This document shows, in pieces, positions 29,939-38,411 of a stretch of 64,000 nucleotides of DNA (position 1 is its first letter; the number at the start of each line of letters is the position of its first letter). The position numbers and the translations under genes were made by a program. Source of the DNA: a virus. Taxonomy: Duplodnaviria; Caudoviricetes. The notes below the pieces were generated by a model. That model was not told where the DNA came from. It did no database searches and saw nothing but the letters and a program-made list of their open reading frames with translations. The DNA is taken from IMG/VR virus record IMGVR_UViG_3300020434_000055; one strand, 5' to 3'.

Positions 29939-30427
29939 ATGAAATTATATAAGACCAGAAGGTCCAACATACATAGAAATGGCTTGTCTGCCTCTACTAA
30001 TATTAAAAGAGGTCAAAGAATTATCCAGTATAAAGGAAAGAAAATTAGTCACAATAAAGCAGAAACAGATCCAAAGTATGATAACGATAAAGAGATTTAC
30101 TTGTTTAATTTAAACGAACAGTACGATCTTGATGGTGATTTTAAATTTAATACTGCTCGATTAATAAATCATTCCTGCAATCCTAACTGTGAAGTTTTTG
30201 ATTATAACAGACAATTATGGATTTTTGCTATAAAGAATATTAAAAAAGACGAAGAGTTAACTTATGATTATGGGTTTAGTTTTGATAAAGCAGACTACAA
30301 ACAATACCCTTGTAAGTGTGGATCATCTAATTGCGTAGGTTATATTGTGCGAGAGGGATCTAGATGGCGTATAAGCCGCGAAAGCGGTCGCCCGCCAGAA
30401 GTAAGCAGTCGCGAAGCGACGCGGTAG
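29939..30427 (+). CDS. SET-domain protein (lysine methyltransferase-like)
   Basis: GL.A...I..G..I..Y.G, ARLINHSC.PN, EELTYDY, post-SET CKCGSSNC. Confidence 0.92.
   Translation: MKLYKTRRSNIHRNGLSASTNIKRGQRIIQYKGKKISHNKAETDPKYDNDKEIYLFNLNEQYDLDGDFKFNTARLINHSCNPNCEVFDYNRQLWIFAIKNIKKDEELTYDYGFSFDKADYKQYPCKCGSSNCVGYIVREGSRWRISRESGRPPEVSSREATR
30376..30420. other. Pair of GC-rich mini-hairpins at a convergence point
   Basis: CCGC-GAAA-GCGG (30376-30387) and GTCGC-GAA-GCGAC (30408-30420). Confidence 0.7.
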
Positions 30428-30443
30428 CTTTTCGCCACAGATT

Positions 30444-31508
30444 TTAAATGATTTTTCTTTTGACGCCTCTACGCTTGACATCTAACGTACTGCAATGTAT
30501 TCCACCATCCCAATACAAATAATGGCGCTGTTCCACTACGTGGCAATCAATTCCTAAGGACTTTAGTTTTTGAAACAGTTTAGGTATGTGTCTTGCAAAC
30601 ACAATATTATTTCTATCTAATATTAATACATTTAAATCAAAACACACTTCTTGACTGTACCCTCTCCAGTTCTCTAAATACTTGTCTAACCAGGCTATAT
30701 CCATTTTATTTCGTACTTTAGCATAGTCTTGAACGTACCTATCCATTTTTAATTCGGGCAAACAGTCACTAACATCTATTAACTTTTTATTATGTAAACA
30801 CTTAGGTACCCAGTTTATTCCAGCGTGGATTACTGTTTCATCGTCTATCATAATAAAACCATGATCAATATGTCCAAACTCTTTAACCCGGGTACCTTCG
30901 TTGCTAACGAATCTATATTCTGATAGCTCACGCTTACACCACTCTAATCCCGTTTGACTTCCGGGACCTCGTGTATTAACAATAAAGGCATCGCCCGCCT
31001 TAAACATTGTAGCCATATGCCACAATACTCTATCAGATAATTTTTCTACATACGTCCTATCATTCATAAACCATTCATCCGTAGTGTTTAAATCTATAAG
31101 CATAGGGGCAGGTTGACTTACCCAACGGTAGCCTTCACGGAATAATTTTTCAAATATCTTGTAATAGTTAATAGCATCAAAGTATCTGTCTGTATAGCTT
31201 GTATAGGCTTGAATAATAGTTTTTCCCATAACCATATACTGGTCTCTTGGTACGATTGGTGCAATTGGTACATCTACGTTAAACCGTGGCATTTTTATGG
31301 CATCATACTTGTATACAGTAGGACGAGTTACTTCAACACCGCCTTTTGTAAGGAAGTCTGCTAACGTATCTAAATCTTGTTTAGTTTCTTCTAGGATATG
31401 ATTAAATTGATTAATGTTGCCTTTAGTCAACAAATGATCCACGTCGCCAGGAGCATACGTGTCTCCTACGATTACAGATTCTAATGGATCATATTCTGTG
31501 TATATCAT
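30444..31508 (-). CDS. Amidinotransferase (pentein superfamily)
   Basis: YDPLESVIVG, PRD, GHIDHG, GGIHCSTLD catalytic Cys. Confidence 0.9.
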   Translation of the reverse strand: MIYTEYDPLESVIVGDTYAPGDVDHLLTKGNINQFNHILEETKQDLDTLADFLTKGGVEVTRPTVYKYDAIKMPRFNVDVPIAPIVPRDQYMVMGKTIIQAYTSYTDRYFDAINYYKIFEKLFREGYRWVSQPAPMLIDLNTTDEWFMNDRTYVEKLSDRVLWHMATMFKAGDAFIVNTRGPGSQTGLEWCKRELSEYRFVSNEGTRVKEFGHIDHGFIMIDDETVIHAGINWVPKCLHNKKLIDVSDCLPELKMDRYVQDYAKVRNKMDIAWLDKYLENWRGYSQEVCFDLNVLILDRNNIVFARHIPKLFQKLKSLGIDCHVVEQRHYLYWDGGIHCSTLDVKRRGVKRKII

Positions 31509-32611
31509 ATTAAATTTTGTTTCAATACTTCATAATATTCATCTGTAGCATTAATTGGAATAACAAAGAATTTGTTTTCTTTACCTCTGGTCACATCAAA
31601 CAACGTACCAAATTGTTTTTTAATTTTCCAACCTGCCTTCTCAAATGTTTCTTTTGCAGTCAATACAATCCTACTATGTTCTTCCGTAGGCATTTCGGCG
31701 TGTAGAATATCTATGTATTTCAAACAACTTAATATGCCTGGGAGGCTGTAATTGTAAGTAAATCCGTGTTCCCAATCAAACTCTGTGGGCAACACTTTAT
31801 CAATTTTAGAATTGTACATTGTAATACTCAACGGATAATAGCCGCCTGTGATTGCTTTACCCATAGTGAATATATCAGGCTTAACAGGTAAATTATACCA
31901 TCCGACAAAACTACCTGTCTTGCCGCCTCCTATGAATATATCATCTAGGATTACTACAACTCCTTGTTGTTGGATCTGTTCTATTTTACTCCAAAACTCT
32001 TTACTGTTGGGAGCCAATCCTTGTCCGTAGGAACAAGTCTCAACCATTACACACATAACTTCGTCCCAGTTAGTATGGTTTACGTCGAAATCTCTTTTTA
32101 GTCTAATTACTTGATCATATTTTTTAAGTGTGTAAAAAGGATCGTTAAACAAACTGTCACCCATATTGTAATTCAAAAACGTAGATCCATGATAACTGTT
32201 TTCAAATGTTACAATTTTTGTGCGTTGCATTTGACCTAATTGCTTTTGATAAGCACTAGCAAGTTTAATTGCTCCTTCGTTTGCATCACTACCACTCAAT
32301 GCAAAAATACTTTTATATCCACACATACTATACAGTTGTTCTGCAAGTTGCCAGGCTACATCATTTAATCTCAAAAAGTTATACTGCTTGTCTACTGTTA
32401 TAAAATTTTCTGCTACTTCAGGTTTCCTCTTCATATTTTCATTGACATAATCTATAATATCCCAACGTTCAAATCCCAATACAAAGCAACCAAGGTGCAA
32501 TACAGGATCAATGTATTTCCTACCATTAACAAAATTACCATACTGCCAATAAGGACTTTCATGCCATATTAAACTTTGCGGTCCTGGTATTAGTCCTGGA
32601 TATGTTCTCAT
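31505..32611 (-). CDS. Class III PLP-dependent aminotransferase
   Basis: SGSDANEGAIK, SYHGST, LDDI..G.GKTG, MGKAIT; start set at the ATGA overlap. Confidence 0.9.
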   Translation of the reverse strand: MRTYPGLIPGPQSLIWHESPYWQYGNFVNGRKYIDPVLHLGCFVLGFERWDIIDYVNENMKRKPEVAENFITVDKQYNFLRLNDVAWQLAEQLYSMCGYKSIFALSGSDANEGAIKLASAYQKQLGQMQRTKIVTFENSYHGSTFLNYNMGDSLFNDPFYTLKKYDQVIRLKRDFDVNHTNWDEVMCVMVETCSYGQGLAPNSKEFWSKIEQIQQQGVVVILDDIFIGGGKTGSFVGWYNLPVKPDIFTMGKAITGGYYPLSITMYNSKIDKVLPTEFDWEHGFTYNYSLPGILSCLKYIDILHAEMPTEEHSRIVLTAKETFEKAGWKIKKQFGTLFDVTRGKENKFFVIPINATDEYYEVLKQNLI

Positions 32612-33159
32612 AATTTCCAACACTTTCTTTCTGTAGTTATGTACAATGTTACTCTCCAATCTTTTGAAAAGTTCCAACTGCCATGAGGTTCCTCTGGCAT
32701 AAAACTTAAAATATCTCCTTGTGCTAGATACATTTTTTCTTCATCTACTTGAAAGCCAACAGTTTCCATATCGTCACTAGGAATATTAATGCCTATAATA
32801 GTTGGAATTAATTCCACAATTTCTTTATCTATACGATCAATTTTGTCTTTGTGTATGGGTATTGTGCAACCAGGTTTTGTAAAATTTACAGCCACGTGAA
32901 TAATACCGGGTATATCTTTTGTGGCTTTATAAGTGTTAGGCCACTGTTCACTCCATTTAGTTTTCTTATAAAAATGGACAACTGGTACTCCCCACCAACC
33001 ACATTTGTCGTCCAATGTTTCTGCTCTATAAACTTTTCCTGCATTTACTGATTCACTTTCAATATCGTGCTGTTGATTCCATTGTTCCCAATCTTTCCTA
33101 CACAAATCATAAAGACTATTAAACAAATTATAATGCTGACAATTTTGTATTGCTATCAT
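32608..33159 (-). CDS. 2OG-Fe(II) oxygenase (Asp/Asn beta-hydroxylase-like)
   Basis: PGC.IP.HKD...PHGSWN...WRVTL. Confidence 0.75.
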   Translation of the reverse strand: MIAIQNCQHYNLFNSLYDLCRKDWEQWNQQHDIESESVNAGKVYRAETLDDKCGWWGVPVVHFYKKTKWSEQWPNTYKATKDIPGIIHVAVNFTKPGCTIPIHKDKIDRIDKEIVELIPTIIGINIPSDDMETVGFQVDEEKMYLAQGDILSFMPEEPHGSWNFSKDWRVTLYITTERKCWKL

Positions 33160-33737
33160 AAAATTGTTGATAGTGCTGTTCGATCTACAAACACTTGTAC
33201 ACTATATCTATTCTTTGCTCCATTTGAAACCGCAGATACTCCGTGAACATCATAACCATCGTTTATAATTGCTCTGTTGTAAAGAGGTTCAAAAAACTTT
33301 CCTTGTGTATCTTCTTTTTTATCTTTTAAAAGAAAAAATCCTCCCCAATTGGGTTCCCATTCTTTGTTAAGATAGATTGAAATTCCTGCAATTTCTTTAC
33401 AACCTACACAGTCTTCCCCACCGTGTTCATACTCATCATGTTTGTCAGTGTGCCAACCTACTGAACTCAAAGGGTATGTATTGTATATTAACATAAGGAA
33501 ATCACTAGGCTCTTTACATAATATTTCTTTATCTAACAAATATTTTTTAAGTTTTTCTTTAATGTCACCTTCGACAGTTGCAATATAAGGAGCCATAGAT
33601 TCTACAATATAATTTTTTAATTCTTGTTTATAAAATTGATGTCCATGCACCCAGACAGGTTTGTCTAATTGACTTTTCACATATGCTTCTAACTCTTCTA
33701 GCATTTCTTTTTCTAAAAAATTATCAATTATTTTCAT
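33156..33737 (-). CDS. 2OG-Fe(II) oxygenase (prolyl hydroxylase-like)
   Basis: WHTD, IYLN.EW...WGG, HGVSAV...RYS. Confidence 0.85.
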   Translation of the reverse strand: MKIIDNFLEKEMLEELEAYVKSQLDKPVWVHGHQFYKQELKNYIVESMAPYIATVEGDIKEKLKKYLLDKEILCKEPSDFLMLIYNTYPLSSVGWHTDKHDEYEHGGEDCVGCKEIAGISIYLNKEWEPNWGGFFLLKDKKEDTQGKFFEPLYNRAIINDGYDVHGVSAVSNGAKNRYSVQVFVDRTALSTIL

Positions 33738-34294
33738 AAATCAAAACTGCTTTCTAATACAGAAATACACAAAGTTATTCTGGTCTCATCAGTATAATTG
33801 TAAACTCCATGAAGAGTTCTTCCACCATCCAAACATAGCACAGAATCTTCTGGTAGATACAATTTTTTGTCTTGCCATTTCATTCCACAATGTTCAACTG
33901 TAGTTTTTGGTTGTTTCAAATAATACATTATTGTATATGTTTTATCAACATCATTTTCATCCATACCTTCTATATGACTCCAGTCCGTATGTGATACCAT
34001 TTCACTTTGAGGATTCACTACTATAATAGCAGAATAACTTATACCTTTTAAATTTTTAATTTTATTAACTACCGATTCATATCTTTTGGGTGGAGTCCTT
34101 TTGACAAACCTATTATAGATATCATAACTGTGAGTTGCAACTTTTTCATCGTGTTTACCAGAATCCCAATTGTCATTCCAGTCCTCTACACGAAACTCTT
34201 TGACGTCTTTTTCAACATCATAAAGTTTTTTGATCTCCTGAAAAATGTCATTTAATTTATTAAAGTCTTGGTATTTGGTATAATCTATTAGCAT
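33734..34294 (-). CDS. 2OG-Fe(II) oxygenase/cupin hydroxylase-like
   Basis: SHTD...LHGVYN.T...RITL. Confidence 0.7.
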   Translation of the reverse strand: MLIDYTKYQDFNKLNDIFQEIKKLYDVEKDVKEFRVEDWNDNWDSGKHDEKVATHSYDIYNRFVKRTPPKRYESVVNKIKNLKGISYSAIIVVNPQSEMVSHTDWSHIEGMDENDVDKTYTIMYYLKQPKTTVEHCGMKWQDKKLYLPEDSVLCLDGGRTLHGVYNYTDETRITLCISVLESSFDL

Positions 34295-34300
34295 GAAAAA

Positions 34301-34308
34301 TATTTATA
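34301..34308 (-). promoter_or_regulatory. T4 late promoter consensus TATAAATA
   Basis: Exact match 6 nt upstream of the ATG at 34294. Confidence 0.75.
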
Positions 34309-34416
34309 AATTGAAAGAAAATCTTATTTTAGGCTTGGTTTTGGTGATGGTAGACACGTATATTAAAACACAGACAAGACCCTTGTAGCGACGTGTATGA
34401 GCTTATAAAGTGCTAA

Positions 34417-34454
34417 TATAATGGGACTTTAGAGTTTTACTAAAGCCCATTATA
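34417..34454. terminator. Long stem-loop
   Basis: TATAATGGG-A-CTTTAG / CTAAAG-CCCATTATA with a 7-nt loop. Confidence 0.6.
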
Positions 34455-34494
34455 ATTTGTTTTTGATTGTAGGAAATTTGGTTTGGAAATTCTT

Positions 34495-34596
34495 TTAGCC
34501 GAAAATGGCCCACAGTACTACTACTGCTACAACGACAATTCCTATCTTCTGTACGTTACTTCCTTTAGTCCAAAGTCCTGTAACTTTACTAATCAT
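34495..34596 (-). CDS. 33-aa membrane microprotein
   Basis: MISKVTGLWTKGSNVQKIGIVVVAVVVLWAIFG. Confidence 0.55.
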   Translation of the reverse strand: MISKVTGLWTKGSNVQKIGIVVVAVVVLWAIFG

Positions 34597-34656
34597 ATCA
34601 TTCATAATTGTCTCCTTATGCGTTAGACTATATTTATCTAACTTTAACAGTATATA

Positions 34657-34860
34657 CTATGACCCGACAGATTGCCAAGGTAAAGGTTTGCCATTTTCAT
34701 CGCATACCATATCGCCCGTAGCTTCTATTACGGCACACATACGTTTTTTACCACCAAAATTTACGAATAAACAGGGCTTGACTTTTTGACCTTTATGAGT
34801 TCTGACGTGTTGTTCTTGTTTTTCATGACCGAATCTGGCGTGAACTTTAGGACGTCCCAT
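34657..34860 (-). CDS. Hypothetical protein
   Basis: ORF track; basic N-terminus. Confidence 0.65.
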   Translation of the reverse strand: MGRPKVHARFGHEKQEQHVRTHKGQKVKPCLFVNFGGKKRMCAVIEATGDMVCDENGKPLPWQSVGS

Positions 34861-34864
34861 GACA

Positions 34865-35083
34865 CTACTTGTCTACTTTTTTACCGCGTCCTAACGGAAG
34901 TTTTTGAATTTTCAAAGATTCGTTTCCTGCTTTACTAGTCCAAGCAACTTCTACTTCAGGGGACTTGGAGCTAATCTGATAAGACTTTACTGCTTTCTTG
35001 TAACCCAAAGAATCTATTTCTTTAATTTGTTGTCCTTCAGGTAAAGATTTATCTGTAAATGTAAACTTTCTCATTTTTACCAT
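34865..35083 (-). CDS. Hypothetical protein
   Basis: ORF track; TATAAATA upstream on the minus strand. Confidence 0.65.
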   Translation of the reverse strand: MVKMRKFTFTDKSLPEGQQIKEIDSLGYKKAVKSYQISSKSPEVEVAWTSKAGNESLKIQKLPLGRGKKVDK

Positions 35084-35105
35084 AAACGCACCTTCCCTTC
35101 TAGGG

Positions 35106-35130
35106 TATTTATATTTTGGTACTATAAATA
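35106..35130. promoter_or_regulatory. Back-to-back divergent TATAAATA late promoters
   Basis: TATTTATA 35106-35113 and TATAAATA 35123-35130. Confidence 0.7.
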
Positions 35131-35137
35131 GAGTTAT

Positions 35138-35299
35138 ATGGAAACCCTATTTTTTACTGGAACACTTATAGCGTCAGGAATAAATCATATTTTGTGGCAC
35201 TCACAACCATCTCCTGAACAACTAGAACGAGAAGCCTACTGGGCTCGACAAATAAGAATCTGGAAAAATCAAAGGGAACAAGAACAAAAGCACCTTTAA
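35138..35299 (+). CDS. 53-aa hypothetical protein
   Basis: ATG 7 nt after TATAAATA. Confidence 0.5.
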   Translation: METLFFTGTLIASGINHILWHSQPSPEQLEREAYWARQIRIWKNQREQEQKHL

Positions 35300-35335
35300 T
35301 TTTATCTCCCAACATTTAGGTTAAATACATTTATA

Positions 35336-35416
35336 ATGAGTGTATTAGCAATATTTTTTACGCTAGTCGTACTAGCAGTTGTCGGCGCACTTATTGTAGT
35401 GATGCTGGAGAAATAA
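35336..35416 (+). CDS. 26-aa membrane microprotein
   Basis: After TAAATA 35322-35327; TAATG-coupled to htrA. Confidence 0.55.
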   Translation: MSVLAIFFTLVVLAVVGALIVVMLEK

Positions 35417-36630
35417 TGTTAATCAGATTAATTTGTATAGTAAGTTTAGTCCTAATTTCACTCAATTCACCTGCTCGAAGTGAGGATTCAAAAGAATGGA
35501 AATGGAAAAATGCGTTTAGTGCCGTTGTAGTAATTACGGGTCAACGCCAAGCTTCTACTGAAAGATTTGTAGTACCAGATGATGACCTTTCGCCCGATCC
35601 TTACAAAGATTTTTTTAAAGAATTTGATGAAACACCTGAAGTAATAATTCCCCCTAAGAACTCTTTGGGAACAGGGTTCTTTATTAGTGAAATCCATGTA
35701 GTAACAAATTATCACGTTGTTAAAGGTATGGATAGTTTAGTTCTATACGCATACGATTATCCATTTAAAATTACAGATGTAGAATTAATAGGGTTTGATG
35801 AAACGGCAGATATTGCCATATTAGAAGTTGGTCAAGATATAAATCATACAATTCTTGAATGGGCAGATGAAGTTCCTTTAATGGGAGATGATGTTTATGC
35901 TTTAGGTCATGGTATGAATTTAATATGGACATTGTCAAAAGGAATATTAAGTTATGATTATAGACCTAATCCTGGAAATAGTTTTGTTCATTACTATCAA
36001 GTAGATGCTGTTATAAATCCTGGAAACTCTGGAGGACCTTTACTTAATGAAGAAGGAAAAATTATTGGTGTTAATACTCTTTTAATCTCTCCTATTGAAT
36101 ATTTTATAGGATATGGATATGTAATCCCATTTCAATTAGCAGAAAGAGTAGCAGGTCAAATTATTCAAACAGGAGTTCATGTTAAGCCTTCTATAGGAAT
36201 AATGATGGGAATAATTGATGTACAAGAAGAATACGATAAGATAATAGCGGCAGGTTTAAATCAATTTTTAGAAATTAAAGAAGTTAGTAAAGGGTCTTCA
36301 GCTGAACGCTTTGGACTAAAAGCAAAAGATCTTATTTTAAAAATAGATGGTTATTATATTGAAGTTGTCCCCAATGTAATTGAAGTGTTATGGCAAAGAA
36401 ATCCTGGAGACGAAATCATTTTTGAAATTTATAGGGATGGTGAAATTATAGAAGTTCCTGTAATATTAGGTCGAGATCCTACAATTGAAATTATTGAAGT
36501 TGAAGTAATAGATGAAGAAGAATTAGAAGAAGAAGAACTTTTGCCATCAGAAGACATTCCTTATGATGACGAAGTAGAAGATGAAATAATAGAAACTATC
36601 GACGAAACAGATACAACACAGGCTTGGTAA
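35416..36630 (+). CDS. htrA: HtrA/DegP-like serine protease with PDZ domain and acidic tail
   Basis: Signal peptide, GTGF, VTNYHVV, DIAIL, GNSGGPL. Confidence 0.93.
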   Translation: MLIRLICIVSLVLISLNSPARSEDSKEWKWKNAFSAVVVITGQRQASTERFVVPDDDLSPDPYKDFFKEFDETPEVIIPPKNSLGTGFFISEIHVVTNYHVVKGMDSLVLYAYDYPFKITDVELIGFDETADIAILEVGQDINHTILEWADEVPLMGDDVYALGHGMNLIWTLSKGILSYDYRPNPGNSFVHYYQVDAVINPGNSGGPLLNEEGKIIGVNTLLISPIEYFIGYGYVIPFQLAERVAGQIIQTGVHVKPSIGIMMGIIDVQEEYDKIIAAGLNQFLEIKEVSKGSSAERFGLKAKDLILKIDGYYIEVVPNVIEVLWQRNPGDEIIFEIYRDGEIIEVPVILGRDPTIEIIEVEVIDEEELEEEELLPSEDIPYDDEVEDEIIETIDETDTTQAW

Positions 36631-36931
36631 TGGAATGGTTGTTTGTTGTCTATTATAGTATTGCATTTACATTTCTTATATGGATGATATGGTTTAGAAA
36701 ATGACAGGACTAATAACAATGTTTAAAGTATTGTTTGGTTTCTTTGCAATATGTTTTGGGTGCGGAGTAATACTTTGGTTAATGTTGGATGAAAAACCTT
36801 GGAGGAAAAATTCTAAGTTTCGAGCTTGGCTAAAAAAGAAAGAAAACAAATAAATGGATTTGATATTCCTGCTAATTGTTATTGTTATGATATTAATAAG
36901 ATTAGGCAGAAACGATAAAGATAAAAAATGA
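36630..36931 (+). CDS. Three consecutive membrane microproteins (36630-36704, 36701-36853, 36854-36931)
   Basis: 24, 50 and 25 aa hydrophobic ORFs with overlapping or abutting start/stop codons. Confidence 0.55.
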
Positions 36932-37317
36932 AAAAACTATTATTAACAATTATTTTTATGTTTTTTATGTTGCCAGCACAGGCATCATTAAAATTATTAA
37001 TGGCACACAATCCTGCTTGTGGCATATGTCAAAAATTTATAAAAGAAGTAGCAGTAGACTACAATGATTCTAAAATAGCTGAAAAACTACCATTAGTAAT
37101 CATTAGTGTAAGTGAACAGCCTGAATGGTTTAAACAAGCATATAGAGAAAACAGAATTAAAGTTATTAGAGGAACACCAACTTTTATTATTTGGAATGGT
37201 CGAAAAGAATTGGGTAGAATAATAGGTTATCATAGTAAAGATAGATTTTATGATAGACTTTTATCATTTTTTCCTAGGGACTACTTAGAAAGTTCATTGA
37301 TCCTAGAGGAACAATAA
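36928..37317 (+). CDS. Exported thioredoxin-fold protein (SoxS-like)
   Basis: Signal peptide, CGIC, GTPTF..W..RKELGRI.GY. Confidence 0.8.
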   Translation: MKKLLLTIIFMFFMLPAQASLKLLMAHNPACGICQKFIKEVAVDYNDSKIAEKLPLVIISVSEQPEWFKQAYRENRIKVIRGTPTFIIWNGRKELGRIIGYHSKDRFYDRLLSFFPRDYLESSLILEEQ

Positions 37318-37665
37318 TGGACTTTTTGTTTGGCGTTTTAATATCAATTTATTGTGGTTGGATCCTAGCACAAATTATTATAGGATATTTAGAAGAGGGT
37401 ATGAAGTAATGTGGAAAAAACTTTGGAACTGGAAAATAAAAATAATTCGTAAGTACCCGGTTTGGTGTGCCTATGCGGCATGGCTAGAAGGAATAATAAT
37501 TGGAATCTTAATTTATCATTTCTGGATGATGGATGTATTAAGTTGTTGTAAGGAATATTAAATATGTGGTGGTGGTGGACATTTTTTAAAGAATTATTAA
37601 TAGACTTTGCACCTTGGATCTTGACTATATTAGCAATTTTGTTTATAATAGCAATAATGATATGA
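37317..37665 (+). CDS. Three consecutive membrane microproteins (37317-37409, 37409-37561, 37564-37665)
   Basis: 30, 50 and 33 aa hydrophobic ORFs, coupled or abutting. Confidence 0.55.
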
Positions 37666-37871
37666 CCAAAGAAGGTGTGACAGAACAAAATTTTAGTATG
37701 AGTAGCCACGAGATCTACAGATTTCCATGTATTGGTGTTTGTAGTATAGATCTCAATAGCGGATATTGTTTAGGTTGTAGTCGTACTTTAGAAGAAATAT
37801 TTAAATGGGAAGACCCAAATACTTCTATGGATTGGAAGTCAAAAAACGAAGAAGAACTCAAAACTAGATGA
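37662..37871 (+). CDS. DUF1289-like Cys-rich (putative Fe-S) protein
   Basis: PCIGVCSID...YCLGCSRTLEEI..W. Confidence 0.85.
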   Translation: MTKEGVTEQNFSMSSHEIYRFPCIGVCSIDLNSGYCLGCSRTLEEIFKWEDPNTSMDWKSKNEEELKTR

Positions 37872-37978
37872 TAGATCCAAAAATTCAAAAAGAAATCAAC
37901 AGACAAAAATATTTTACCTTCGCTGGCATTATTCTTATGCTAATAGTAATTGGTCTTACATATTGGATGGTTGCATAA
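37868..37978 (+). CDS. 36-aa membrane microprotein
   Basis: ATGA-coupled; one TM segment. Confidence 0.55.
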   Translation: MIDPKIQKEINRQKYFTFAGIILMLIVIGLTYWMVA

Positions 37979-37984
37979 TCTAAC

Positions 37985-38013
37985 TTGACAAGTGCCCAAT
38001 TTTGTAATATACT
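37985..38013 (+). promoter_or_regulatory. sigma70-type promoter
   Basis: TTGACA-17-TATACT. Confidence 0.75.
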
Positions 38014-38019
38014 TTGAAT

Positions 38020-38202
38020 ATGGCATTAAAAGTTCTTACTAAAAACGTACAACTAGTAGGGCGCCAAGAGAGAAATCAGAAAGAATTAGAAGAATTCGCG
38101 GCAAAAATAGCACAACAACAAGACACAGGAGTAATAAACTATGGCAAAGAAAAAAGTAAAAGTAAAAGAACATTACGTAAAAAAACTATTAAAAACTTTT
38201 AG
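38020..38202 (+). CDS. Hypothetical protein
   Basis: ATG just after the promoter. Confidence 0.5.
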   Translation: MALKVLTKNVQLVGRQERNQKELEEFAAKIAQQQDTGVINYGKEKSKSKRTLRKKTIKNF

Positions 38203-38404
38203 TCTTACACGTAAAAGAAAAGCAAAACATAAAGTTATTAATATTAATAACTATGAACGATATTGGGATCAATCAACTCCAACTGGACACCAAATAAGAA
38301 TAGTATGTCAAGATGATTCAACATTACATATTAATCTGAATTGGCCAAAAGGATACAATCCAAGAATTCATAACGTAGATTCTAAAAGATGGCAAATACG
38401 TTGA
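38141..38404 (+). CDS. Hypothetical basic protein
   Basis: GGAG SD then ATG. Confidence 0.65.
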   Translation: MAKKKVKVKEHYVKKLLKTFSLTRKRKAKHKVININNYERYWDQSTPTGHQIRIVCQDDSTLHINLNWPKGYNPRIHNVDSKRWQIR

Positions 38405-38411
38405 AGACTAA

